Below are positions 21,638 through 30,938 of a DNA stretch of 64,000 nt, piece after piece. Made by a program: the position numbers and the translations under genes. The first letter of the stretch is position 1, and each line of letters begins with the position of its first letter. The stretch spans positions 64,001 to 128,000 of the forward strand of contig CBDBPB010000001.1 of NCBI GenBank assembly GCA_965208615.1, read 5' to 3'. Origin of the DNA: Spirochaetota bacterium. GTDB taxonomy: Bacteria; Spirochaetota; UBA6919; CBDBPB01. The notes below the pieces were generated by a model. The model searched no databases. It saw only the letters and a list, made by a program, of their open reading frames with translations, and had not been told where the DNA came from.

Positions 21638-23275
21638 ATGAAATCGGCTGAACTAATAGTTAAATGCCTCGAAAATGAAGGAGTATCAACAATATTTGGC
21701 GTACCCGGTGAAGAAAATATAGACCTTATGGATGCACTTATAGATAGCAATATTAACTTTATCCAAACAAGACATGAACAAGGTGCGGCCTTTATGGCCA
21801 ATGTATACGGCAGACTAACTCAAAAAGCAGGTATATGCTTATCTACCCTTGGTCCTGGAGCTAGCAACCTTATAACCGGTATAGCAGATGCAAATATGGA
21901 TCACGCACCTATAATAGCCATAACTGGACAAGCAGGACTAAACCGTATGCACAAAGAAAGCCATCAATACATGGATTTAGTGGCAATCTTTAAACCTATA
22001 ACTAAATGGAATAGCCAAATTAAAATAGCAGAAACTATACCAGAAATAGTCAGAAAAGCTTTTAAGGTCGCACAAACTGAAAAAAAAGGTGCTTGCCATA
22101 TAGACGTCCCAGAGGATATTGCAGAACTTAACGTAAATAATGACTTATACATTCTGCCAATAAAAGATGGACACATGCCAGACCCATCACAAAAAAACGT
22201 TAATAACGCCGCTAAACTAATATCACAAGCTAAATATCCCATTATACTGGCTGGCAACGGTATAGCAAGAGGAAATGCACATAAATCACTCCTTAGCTTT
22301 GCAGAAAAACAAAACATCCCTGTAGCACATACATTTATGGGTAAGGGAGCAATTCCATATACAAATGAGCTGTCCCTTTTAACCATAGGCCTACAGGCAA
22401 ATGATTATATATCCTGTGGGTTTAATAAAGCCGACCTGGTTATAGCTGTAGGATACGATATTGTGGAGTACCATCCCGTATTATGGAATCCAAATAAAGA
22501 TAAGACAATAATTAATATTGATACAACCCCTGCTGAGATAGATTCCTCATTTACCGTAAACATAGACCTAGTGGGCAATATAAATAGCTCCCTAAACGCC
22601 ATTAATGATATAGCCAAACCCCATGACAATCAAATGACAAAATCTCTTAGAAAAACTATAATGGCTGAACTAACTAAATATAATAATGATAAAGCCTTTC
22701 CACTAAAACCACAGAAAATTATCAGCGATATAAGACAGGTCATGGGAATAGACGATATTGTTATATCCGACGTAGGGGCTCATAAAATGTGGATAGCAAG
22801 GATGTATCCATGTATAAAGCCCAATACTTGTATAATATCCAATGGCTTTGCATCCATGGGTATAGCTCTACCAGGCGCTATTAGTGCTAAATATCACTTC
22901 CCAAATAAAAAAGTGCTGGCAGTAACAGGAGATGGTGGGTTTATGATGAACTCACAAGAAATTGAAACCGCTATTAGAATAGGTGTAAACTTTGTTACCC
23001 TAATATTTAATGACTCTAAATATGGGCTAATAGAGTGGAAGCAAATTAACAAGTTTAAACGATCGTCCTACATAAACTTTAATAATCCAGACTTTGTTAA
23101 ATATGCCCAAAGCTTTGGTGCAAAAGGATATAGGGTTATGAGTGCTGATGAACTAATACCAATCCTAAATGATGCATTCATACAAAATAAACCTGCCATA
23201 ATAGACTGTCCCGTTGACTATAAAGAAAATCTTAAATTAACCGAACAGTTTGGTAAATTAGTTTGTCCTATATAG
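21638..23275 (+). CDS. Acetolactate synthase large subunit (ThDP-dependent; no small subunit adjacent)
   Basis: FGVPGEEN, RHEQGAAFMA, STLGPGASN and GDGGFMMN ThDP motif. Confidence 0.9.
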   Translation: MKSAELIVKCLENEGVSTIFGVPGEENIDLMDALIDSNINFIQTRHEQGAAFMANVYGRLTQKAGICLSTLGPGASNLITGIADANMDHAPIIAITGQAGLNRMHKESHQYMDLVAIFKPITKWNSQIKIAETIPEIVRKAFKVAQTEKKGACHIDVPEDIAELNVNNDLYILPIKDGHMPDPSQKNVNNAAKLISQAKYPIILAGNGIARGNAHKSLLSFAEKQNIPVAHTFMGKGAIPYTNELSLLTIGLQANDYISCGFNKADLVIAVGYDIVEYHPVLWNPNKDKTIINIDTTPAEIDSSFTVNIDLVGNINSSLNAINDIAKPHDNQMTKSLRKTIMAELTKYNNDKAFPLKPQKIISDIRQVMGIDDIVISDVGAHKMWIARMYPCIKPNTCIISNGFASMGIALPGAISAKYHFPNKKVLAVTGDGGFMMNSQEIETAIRIGVNFVTLIFNDSKYGLIEWKQINKFKRSSYINFNNPDFVKYAQSFGAKGYRVMSADELIPILNDAFIQNKPAIIDCPVDYKENLKLTEQFGKLVCPI

Positions 23276-23370
23276 CTTAAAAATACGATTAAGACCCTTA
23301 GTAAATTATAACAAAAATAAGATGAATTTATAATAATGCGGTGTATATATTTTATAAACAGGAGAAAATA

Positions 23371-23619
23371 ATGAAAAGTGATAACTTGCCTAAAGAAATA
23401 TTAGACTATGTTTTTTACCACTACCAAAAAGGTAATAAGAACTTTATAAACATTAGTAACAAAACCAAAGAACTAGACAATAGACAAATAAAAAATGCAG
23501 TAACCTTACTTAAAATAGATGGCCTAGTTGAATACAATATTAACAATAGCGGAATTTATTACATAAAACTAACTACAATCGGACTAAACTACTTACAACA
23601 GTATATAGAGATAAATTAA
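23371..23619 (+). CDS. Small hypothetical protein, winged-helix-like
   Basis: AGGAG then ATG at 23371; L..DGLVE...IKLTTIGLNY pattern. Confidence 0.55.
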   Translation: MKSDNLPKEILDYVFYHYQKGNKNFINISNKTKELDNRQIKNAVTLLKIDGLVEYNINNSGIYYIKLTTIGLNYLQQYIEIN

Positions 23620-23701
23620 ACTATCTGTCTAATAAACTCCTTTGCAACAAAGAATACACTGGTCAAACACTAATTATATAATCTAAAAACAAATATCTAT
23701 A

Positions 23702-24607
23702 TTATAACTTAAATAAACTGGGCTCATCCTCAAGGCTTATCCTTTGTTTAGCTAACTTTGCATAATCAATATCAACTTCATAGCCAATAAAAAACCTATC
23801 CGACTTAAGAGATGCTATGGCAGTTTGTCCACTGCCAATAAACGGATCTAGTATAACCTCATCCTTAAAAGTATAGAGCTGAATACACCTATAGGGTAAC
23901 TCTATAGGGAAAGGTGCTGGATGACCTATCTTCTTTGCCGATACAGTTGGAAAGGTCCAAACACTTTTTGTGTACTCTAAAAACTCATCCTTGGTTATAG
24001 TATTGACTTTATCCCTCTTTTCTCTTTTAAAATTGCCCTTTGAAAATATTAAAATATATTCATGAACATCCCTCAAAGTCGGATTAGATGCAGATTGCCA
24101 ACTACCCCATGCAGTAGATGTTCCACTACTAGCCCCCTTATTCCATATTACCTCGCCCCTCATTAAAAAACCAACTTTTAACATATCCTCAATAATAAAA
24201 CTATGTAGTGGTATATATGGCTTTCTTCCAACATTAGCAATGTTAATACAAACCCTTGCACCCCATACAAGAACTCTATAACACTCCCTCCATATCGCTA
24301 TTAGGAAATCTCTATACTCATTTAAGGTTATATCACTATCATAGTCTTTACCAACATTATATGGTGGTGAGGTTACCATTAAATGAATAGAATTATCAGG
24401 CAACTCTTTCATATCCTCACTAGATGAGTCAATAATACTATTTAAATACTTTTTATCTATTACATTCTCAGTCTGACTACACGGTAAGCCTACTTGATTT
24501 ATATTCTCATAAAGCTTACTGTCATAAAACTTCGATGAATCATGTCCAATACGCTTGGATACACCAAAAGAACTCGTTTTGGTATTTCTTATATTACCTT
24601 TAGCCAT
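23702..24607 (-). CDS. Beta-class N4-cytosine/N6-adenine DNA methyltransferase, cognate to the adjacent endonuclease
   Basis: TSPPY precedes HPAPFP and DPFIGSG. ATG at 24607 overlaps the endonuclease stop (TAATG). Confidence 0.92.
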   Translation of the reverse strand: MAKGNIRNTKTSSFGVSKRIGHDSSKFYDSKLYENINQVGLPCSQTENVIDKKYLNSIIDSSSEDMKELPDNSIHLMVTSPPYNVGKDYDSDITLNEYRDFLIAIWRECYRVLVWGARVCINIANVGRKPYIPLHSFIIEDMLKVGFLMRGEVIWNKGASSGTSTAWGSWQSASNPTLRDVHEYILIFSKGNFKREKRDKVNTITKDEFLEYTKSVWTFPTVSAKKIGHPAPFPIELPYRCIQLYTFKDEVILDPFIGSGQTAIASLKSDRFFIGYEVDIDYAKLAKQRISLEDEPSLFKL

Positions 24608-25239
24608 TAGTCTTGCTCCCATAGTTTAATCCAACGTTTGTATAAGTTAAAGTCTATTTTTGACCTTATCCACTCTATATTTATGCTTTTTGTCTCTCTG
24701 TCATTAATAAGATCAATTAACGCTTCCTTACTAATCTCAATTCCTCTGGGATTAGTACCCTTTTTAGGAACTTTAATATATTTATCCTTGCCAAGTTTTT
24801 TAAATATACGCTTTTGAACATCTATCGGTATATAAAATAGTCCTCCTTGTTTATTCCAGTTTATTTGAACAAGTAACATATCTACTTTTGGATAATAGCT
24901 TTTAATAAACTCTTCTACCTTTTTATAATCAACAGTCCAAATTATCTTAACCCCAGTTAAGGTGTTTGTAGTAATAGTCTTTATTGATATAGGCTTTCCA
25001 AAAGCTCTAAAATCTACTTCAGACTCAGTTATAGGTATATTAGTCTCTATATTTTTATCACCGAATTTATAAATCAACAATGCTATTATAATAGCCTCTC
25101 TTATTGAACCGACCTCCATACCAATTTTACCAGCCCTTGAACTCTCAAGCTCGGCAAGCTGAAACATTTTAGGCAACCTTAACTTAACCTTTTTAACTAT
25201 TTCTTTATCATAAAATAAAGCTTTAATACCTTCTCTCAC
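24607..25239 (-). CDS. ThaI-family type II restriction endonuclease
   Basis: AELESSRAGKIGMEVGSIRE, D..ISIKT (PD-(D/E)xK-like), GTNPRGIE; coupled to a methyltransferase. Family recalled, not searched. Confidence 0.8.
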   Translation of the reverse strand: MREGIKALFYDKEIVKKVKLRLPKMFQLAELESSRAGKIGMEVGSIREAIIIALLIYKFGDKNIETNIPITESEVDFRAFGKPISIKTITTNTLTGVKIIWTVDYKKVEEFIKSYYPKVDMLLVQINWNKQGGLFYIPIDVQKRIFKKLGKDKYIKVPKKGTNPRGIEISKEALIDLINDRETKSINIEWIRSKIDFNLYKRWIKLWEQD

Positions 25240-25321
25240 AATTGCCTCTTAAAATAAGCTAAACTAAAATAGTAATCTATATAAAATACATCTGAATACT
25301 AAATGTTAACTATAACGTTTA

Positions 25322-26476
25322 TCAATAACTAATATCACCTAAAACCTCCTTCACCACAGAGGATATATAATAAATATCATCCTTTTTTATAGCAGGGGAA
25401 ATAGGTAAATTAATCAGCCTATTATAAACACTCTCACTTACTGGATAGTCCCCAGCCTTAGTGTTTAAAAGCTTTTTGTATGCAGTGTGTAGGTGTAAAG
25501 GCTTAAATAATACACTGGTACCAATACCACGATTCCCTAACTCAGAAATAAAAAGCTCTCTATTAACATTCACAGGTAATAACAACGGAAATAAATGCCA
25601 TGATGACTTATTATTATCATCCACTTTAATAAACTCTAAATCCTTAAGCTCACTAATGTATATCCCGCTATAAATAGTCCTAATACGGTTAAACTCATCA
25701 AGCCTTTTTATCTGGTGTAAACCAATAGCCGCATTTAAATCAGTCATATTAGCCTTATACCCTATAAGCTCTATATCATAGTCCCATGAAGGCTTTGATG
25801 AATATCTATTATCCCATATCTGCCTGGAATCAGATATTCCATATCTACTAAGCTTCCTAACCTCATTAGCCAAAGATAAATTATTAGTAATAACCATACC
25901 ACCCTCAGCAGTAACAATGTTTTTGGTAGCATAAAAACTAAAACATGTTGCATCACTATCCAGGGTGCCAATCTTATTCCCCCGATACTCAGAACCAATA
26001 GCATGAGCCGCATCCTCTATAATATATAAATTATGTTCTTTAGCAGTGTCAATAAGACTATCCATGTCAACCACGTTACCACCATAGTGAACAGCAATAA
26101 TAGCCTTAGTCCTATTGGTTATTTTATTTTTAACTTTATTACAATCCATCTGGAGGGTCTTTGGATCAATATCCACAAAAACAGGAGTCGCTCCACAGTG
26201 TACCACAACATGAGCAGTAGAGGCAAAGGTAAATGTCGGTACTATAACCTCATCCCCCTTTTTAATACCAAGAGAACGCAAAACTAAAAACATAGCCGAT
26301 GTACAAGAAAATACAGCCACACCATAACCACTACCTAAATAATCACAAACTAGGCTCTCAAACTCCCTTACCTTAGGACCAGACGTTAACCATCCACTCC
26401 TAAGACTATCTATAACCTCCTTAATCTCATCCTCACCTATAAAAGGCGGCGAAAAACTAATATATTTATCAACCAT
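25322..26476 (-). CDS. DegT/DnrJ/EryC1/StrS sugar aminotransferase
   Basis: SGWLTSGP, IEDAAHA, FSFYATKNI (PLP lysine), EGG. Confidence 0.93.
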   Translation of the reverse strand: MVDKYISFSPPFIGEDEIKEVIDSLRSGWLTSGPKVREFESLVCDYLGSGYGVAVFSCTSAMFLVLRSLGIKKGDEVIVPTFTFASTAHVVVHCGATPVFVDIDPKTLQMDCNKVKNKITNRTKAIIAVHYGGNVVDMDSLIDTAKEHNLYIIEDAAHAIGSEYRGNKIGTLDSDATCFSFYATKNIVTAEGGMVITNNLSLANEVRKLSRYGISDSRQIWDNRYSSKPSWDYDIELIGYKANMTDLNAAIGLHQIKRLDEFNRIRTIYSGIYISELKDLEFIKVDDNNKSSWHLFPLLLPVNVNRELFISELGNRGIGTSVLFKPLHLHTAYKKLLNTKAGDYPVSESVYNRLINLPISPAIKKDDIYYISSVVKEVLGDISY

Positions 26477-26490
26477 AATATATCAAATGC

Positions 26491-27747
26491 CTATTGTGAA
26501 AAGTGAATGGTAAAATAATTCTCACCATTATAAGCCTCATAACTAAAACTAAAACCATGAGCACTAACAACATGATTAACTATATAAAGCCCTAATCCAA
26601 AATGACCAGAATCATTATTAGTCCAACCTCTAAAAAATGGCTTTAAATACGTTCCAAATGGATAAATTAATGGCTTCCCCAAACTAACAAATTGAAGAAA
26701 GTCCTTAGTCTGGGTGATAATAACATGCTTATCAGTAGAATAGCTTAAACCGTTCTCAATAAGATTCTTAATAGCAATAGCAAAAATCTCAAAGTCAACA
26801 TTAATTTTATTAGTGCTAACATCCACGGTTAAAGACTTTCTGTTAGCATATAAAAGATCAATAGCATGATCCACAACGTCTATTAGCCTGTAACTCTTAA
26901 CGTTTAAACTATAAGCACTGGATGTTATCTTCTCTATGTTAGCAAACTCCTCAATAAGCTGTTCAAGACGACTAAATACCCTAAATAAAATCTCCTTGTT
27001 ACGAGAGTCGTCAAGAAGCTCAACCGAAATCTTACCCTTAGTAATGGGAGTCTTTAACTCATGCATAATATTCCTAAGAAATACAGTTCTAGAGTCCATT
27101 AAGTTCCTAATCTTATGAATAGCCCTATCAAACTCATTGGACACCTGAGATATCTCATCCTTTTTTGTCGTTGTACACTGAATATTTAAATCTCCATCAC
27201 CAAACTTTATTATCTCATTCCTAAGCCGCTTAATTGGATAAATCGTTTTTATAATTACAATAAACGATGATACAATAATCAAAAATACTAACCAATAAAC
27301 CATCCACAAATAACCCTCAAGCCAGTCAATATCCTCTTTTAAATCCCTAAACAAAAAATTAAAATTACGACCCTGTAAATATAGATAGTAGCTCCTATCA
27401 AAAGTTAAAATAGCTACATTACCCATTCTTAAACGCCTCTTTGTAAAAATATTTGCCCTTTTAAGAATGTCCTGTTTTTTATCATCATCTATAATGCGCT
27501 CTAACATTAAGTCTTTAATACGCTTGTTTATATCCTCATTTATGACTTGCCTCCTATTACGCATATGCCCCCTACCACGCATCATATTATGGTGAACAAG
27601 CCTGAAAATAGTAAAATATCGCTTTTCAAGACCCTTTAAAACCATTTCCTTTTCCATATCAAGAAAATGAATGAATAATACAGATATGCTAACTAATGCA
27701 ATAACAAAAACTACCGTAATATAAAAGAAAATTGAATGCCTATTCAT
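26491..27747 (-). CDS. HAMP sensor histidine kinase, ArsS/RacS-like
   Basis: Two TM segments, HAMP, FLRNIMHELKTPITKG, NLIENG, GLGLYIV. Confidence 0.92.
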   Translation of the reverse strand: MNRHSIFFYITVVFVIALVSISVLFIHFLDMEKEMVLKGLEKRYFTIFRLVHHNMMRGRGHMRNRRQVINEDINKRIKDLMLERIIDDDKKQDILKRANIFTKRRLRMGNVAILTFDRSYYLYLQGRNFNFLFRDLKEDIDWLEGYLWMVYWLVFLIIVSSFIVIIKTIYPIKRLRNEIIKFGDGDLNIQCTTTKKDEISQVSNEFDRAIHKIRNLMDSRTVFLRNIMHELKTPITKGKISVELLDDSRNKEILFRVFSRLEQLIEEFANIEKITSSAYSLNVKSYRLIDVVDHAIDLLYANRKSLTVDVSTNKINVDFEIFAIAIKNLIENGLSYSTDKHVIITQTKDFLQFVSLGKPLIYPFGTYLKPFFRGWTNNDSGHFGLGLYIVNHVVSAHGFSFSYEAYNGENYFTIHFSQ

Positions 27748-28412
27748 CCTATAAATTTATAACCCACTCCCCTTACTGATTGAATATATTTAGGTCTTTT
27801 TGAACTATCCCCAATCTTACTGCGAATCCTGCTAACAATAACGTCAATACTCCGATCACTGCTCTCTATATGAAAACTATCAATATTATCCGCTATATAC
27901 TCCCTTGAGACCACATAACCACTACGCTTTATAAAAAGTTTTAAAATCTCATACTCACCCCTGGTAAGATCTAAAGGTTCACCGTATTTATATATTTGTA
28001 TTAAATCGTCATCCACCCTGAATATACCACTTGTTGTCTTCTCTATCTGTTTGTTATAACGCCTTAGAACACTCTGTATTCTTGCAACAAGCTCTCTTGG
28101 ATCATAAGGCTTTGGTAAGTAATCATCAGCACCCACCTCAAGACCAAGTACCCTATCAGTAATATCACTCCTAGCCGTGGATATAATAATAGGAATGTCA
28201 TGCTTCTCTCTTACCAGCTTGCACACATCTAATCCATCTATACCAGGCAAGGACAAGTCAAGTATTAAAAGATCGTACTTATCCCGCTCAAGAGCATTAA
28301 CTCCCAGCATAGGACTCTGATAATTAAATAATTCAATATTATACTGGCTAAGATAATTAGTTAATAATTCAGCTATCTCAGAGTCATCCTCTATCATCAA
28401 AATCTTAAGCAT
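27744..28412 (-). CDS. OmpR-family response regulator, ArsR/RacR-like
   Basis: IEDD, LDLSLP, GADDYLPKPY, SVRGVGYK; overlaps the kinase start. Confidence 0.95.
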   Translation of the reverse strand: MLKILMIEDDSEIAELLTNYLSQYNIELFNYQSPMLGVNALERDKYDLLILDLSLPGIDGLDVCKLVREKHDIPIIISTARSDITDRVLGLEVGADDYLPKPYDPRELVARIQSVLRRYNKQIEKTTSGIFRVDDDLIQIYKYGEPLDLTRGEYEILKLFIKRSGYVVSREYIADNIDSFHIESSDRSIDVIVSRIRSKIGDSSKRPKYIQSVRGVGYKFIG

Positions 28413-28446
28413 AAAAAATACCTATCTGTTAAGCTAGTCCGTTTAA

Positions 28447-29896
28447 TTAATGAAAAAAGTCCTCTTCAAACTCAGCTTTTCTATTTAGCCTTTCAGCCTT
28501 CTTATGATAATCCATAATGAGGGGGAGTTGTGGCTTTTTACCATCAAGCAACTCCTCAATAGTAAATATTTGTATTTTAGGATAGCGATTATTTAACCCT
28601 GTTGAGTCATAATAGCCCTTTTTAACCGCCTCAGTGATCATTGCTTTAGTAGGCTCTTGCATACAAATGAAAATGCCAATCTCTGCCTTTTCCCTATCAA
28701 TAACATGACATAAGTCCCTAATTTGTGCAACAGTAGGCTTACTAGCCACCTTACCACCCTTAACCTGTACAATAGCTTTTTTATTAAGTATCTTTTTATT
28801 TTCACCATAGTCATTAAAGTAAATATAACCATCAATCCCACCATCAGCCCCCTTCTTTTTATCACCATAAGGCCTTGCATTAACCAATGAACAAGCCCAC
28901 CACTGAAATTGATATTTATTCTGATCAGATAAAGCTTGTACACCAGATATGTCCTCTGGTTCGCCTATGACCCTATAGTCCTTTTTAACCTCTAAGCTGG
29001 ACATATCTTTAAGCCTCCACTTCATTAAATTAACAGCCAAATGGGTAATGTCTATACCTATCCACTTTCTTTTTAGCTTTTGAGCAGAGCATATTGTTGT
29101 ACCACAACCACAAAATGGGTCTAATATAATATCCCCCTTGTTTGATGAGGCTTTTATAATCCTCTCTAATAAGGTAATGGGCTTTTGAGTAGGGTAGCCA
29201 AGCCTTTCTTTAGCCATAGTATTAACAGGTGATAAATCAATCCACCAATCATTATGAGAAGTTAAATCTTTTTTTTTATCATATTTAGTTCCATCACTAT
29301 GTATTCCAGAACCAGTTTGTGAATACTTTCTTAATGGAGGCTTGAAATAATAATTATGACTTTTTGAGTACCTTAATATTATATCATGCATTCTTTGAAA
29401 CTGTTTTTGAACATTCGTCCATCTTCTGTAATGCCATACAATTTCATTCCTAAAGTTCTTAACCCTGAATATAGTATCCATAAGTATTTTTAAATAATGA
29501 CTAGCCGTCGGATCGCAGTGTAGATAAATAGAACCAGTATCTTTCAAAACTCTCCTTAGCTCTATTAACCTAATACACATCATTGTAAGATAAGCCATCA
29601 TATCATTCTCTCTAATGAACTGCCTTAGAGCCCTAATCATCTCAACAACATCAGCAGGGGCACTATTAATTATATCCTGATATGCCCTTTCTGTTTGCTG
29701 AGTCCAATGCCATGTATCCTCAAAGGCAGTAATTTGCGCCTGTGAGGACTTATCTGTTGTTGGCTCCTTAAAATAAAATATTATAATTAGCCTTTGAGTT
29801 AAACGGCGGATCAAGATAAATTAAATCTATAGACTCATCCTTAATATAATTCCTTAATATATTTAAGTTATCACCATAGTATAAAGCGTTATCCAT
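28447..29896 (-). pseudogene. DNA adenine methyltransferase fused to an Mrr-like nuclease domain, frameshifted near the 5' end
   Basis: GAGG then ATG at 29896 gives MDNALYYGDNL...LIYLDPPFNSKANYNILF* (stop 29770-29768). Removing one T joins it to KEPT..., YPTQKP, DPFCGCGT, ADGGIDG..VQVKGG; repaired length 482 aa. Confidence 0.85.
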
Positions 29897-29935
29897 AAAT
29901 CCTCTTTAAACTTTGATAAACAAGCTTAATAAACC

Positions 29936-30730
29936 CTATACCTTATCCCTAAAGTGCTCCATAACCTTATTTGTAATAATCCTAACTAAATCATCATGAG
30001 AAGTATTATCACTCACTATATCATTGTTATCAGCTCTATTACAGTTATCATGCAAACCACAACTATCATCACATCTAACAACATCGCCCTCTAAGCCGTA
30101 GGTAGTCTTTCTGAGTTCCATAAGCTTATCAACCTGCGATGGGCTTAATGTCTGCACCCCACCTAACATTTTAGCGTATATCATGATCTGAGCAGTATGC
30201 TCTATCTTCTCAAGCTTGTTATATGCCGAATATATAGTATCACCAACAGTAAGACTACCATGCCTATCAAGCATAACAGCGTCGGACTGCTTTATATATT
30301 CACAAATGGAGTTAACAACCTCATCAGTAGACGGTGTAGCATAAGGTGCAGTAGGTATAGCTCCCAAAGATACAACTACCTCTGGCATAACACATTTTGC
30401 CATACTAACCCCTGCTATAGTAAATGCCGTTGCCTTTGGAGGATGAGCATGTACTACAGATAAAACATCAGGCCTAACCTTATATACATAAGTATGCATC
30501 TTAAGCTCAGTGGATGGCTTATTACGTCCAGCTAGTTTATTTCCGTTAATATCAACAATAACTAAGTCAGACTCCTTAAGAAAACCCTTTGACATACCAC
30601 TAGGAGTAGCTATAATCCGATTTCCAAGCCTAATGGATAGATTACCATCAGTGGCTACTATTAACTCTTTATCATATAACCACCTTCCAACCTCTACAAT
30701 CTGTCTTTTTGCCTTACTCTCGTTAATCAT
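29936..30730 (-). CDS. Class II aldolase/adducin-family protein (FucA/MtnB-like) with a C-terminal encapsulation-peptide-like helix
   Basis: DGNLS, TPSG, PSTE..MH, VHAHP, HG metal ligands; GGGGTG then ATG at 30730; tail DDLVRIITNKVMEHF. Confidence 0.9.
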   Translation of the reverse strand: MINESKAKRQIVEVGRWLYDKELIVATDGNLSIRLGNRIIATPSGMSKGFLKESDLVIVDINGNKLAGRNKPSTELKMHTYVYKVRPDVLSVVHAHPPKATAFTIAGVSMAKCVMPEVVVSLGAIPTAPYATPSTDEVVNSICEYIKQSDAVMLDRHGSLTVGDTIYSAYNKLEKIEHTAQIMIYAKMLGGVQTLSPSQVDKLMELRKTTYGLEGDVVRCDDSCGLHDNCNRADNNDIVSDNTSHDDLVRIITNKVMEHFRDKV

Positions 30731-30938
30731 TATCACCCCATTAACAAAGTCATAAATAAAAAATAATTCATTTATAACAAGTTCCAAAGAAAAAATTATT
30801 TTATATTGAGTATATTGTGGGATGTTATGATGTTAGTAGTATAACAGGATGGTAGAATATTTAATTATCTTATATACAAAAAAATATAACAGCTTATTAC
30901 AGCACAAAGAAAAAAACTACTAACTAAATATCATTATA

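Noticed and set aside
23702-30730. A single defence system combining the R-M genes with the DegT aminotransferase, two-component pair and aldolase (for example sugar-modified DNA)
   Set aside because: No DNA glycosyltransferase or other linking enzyme is present. Co-orientation fits the strand bias of the region and the genes look of mixed origin
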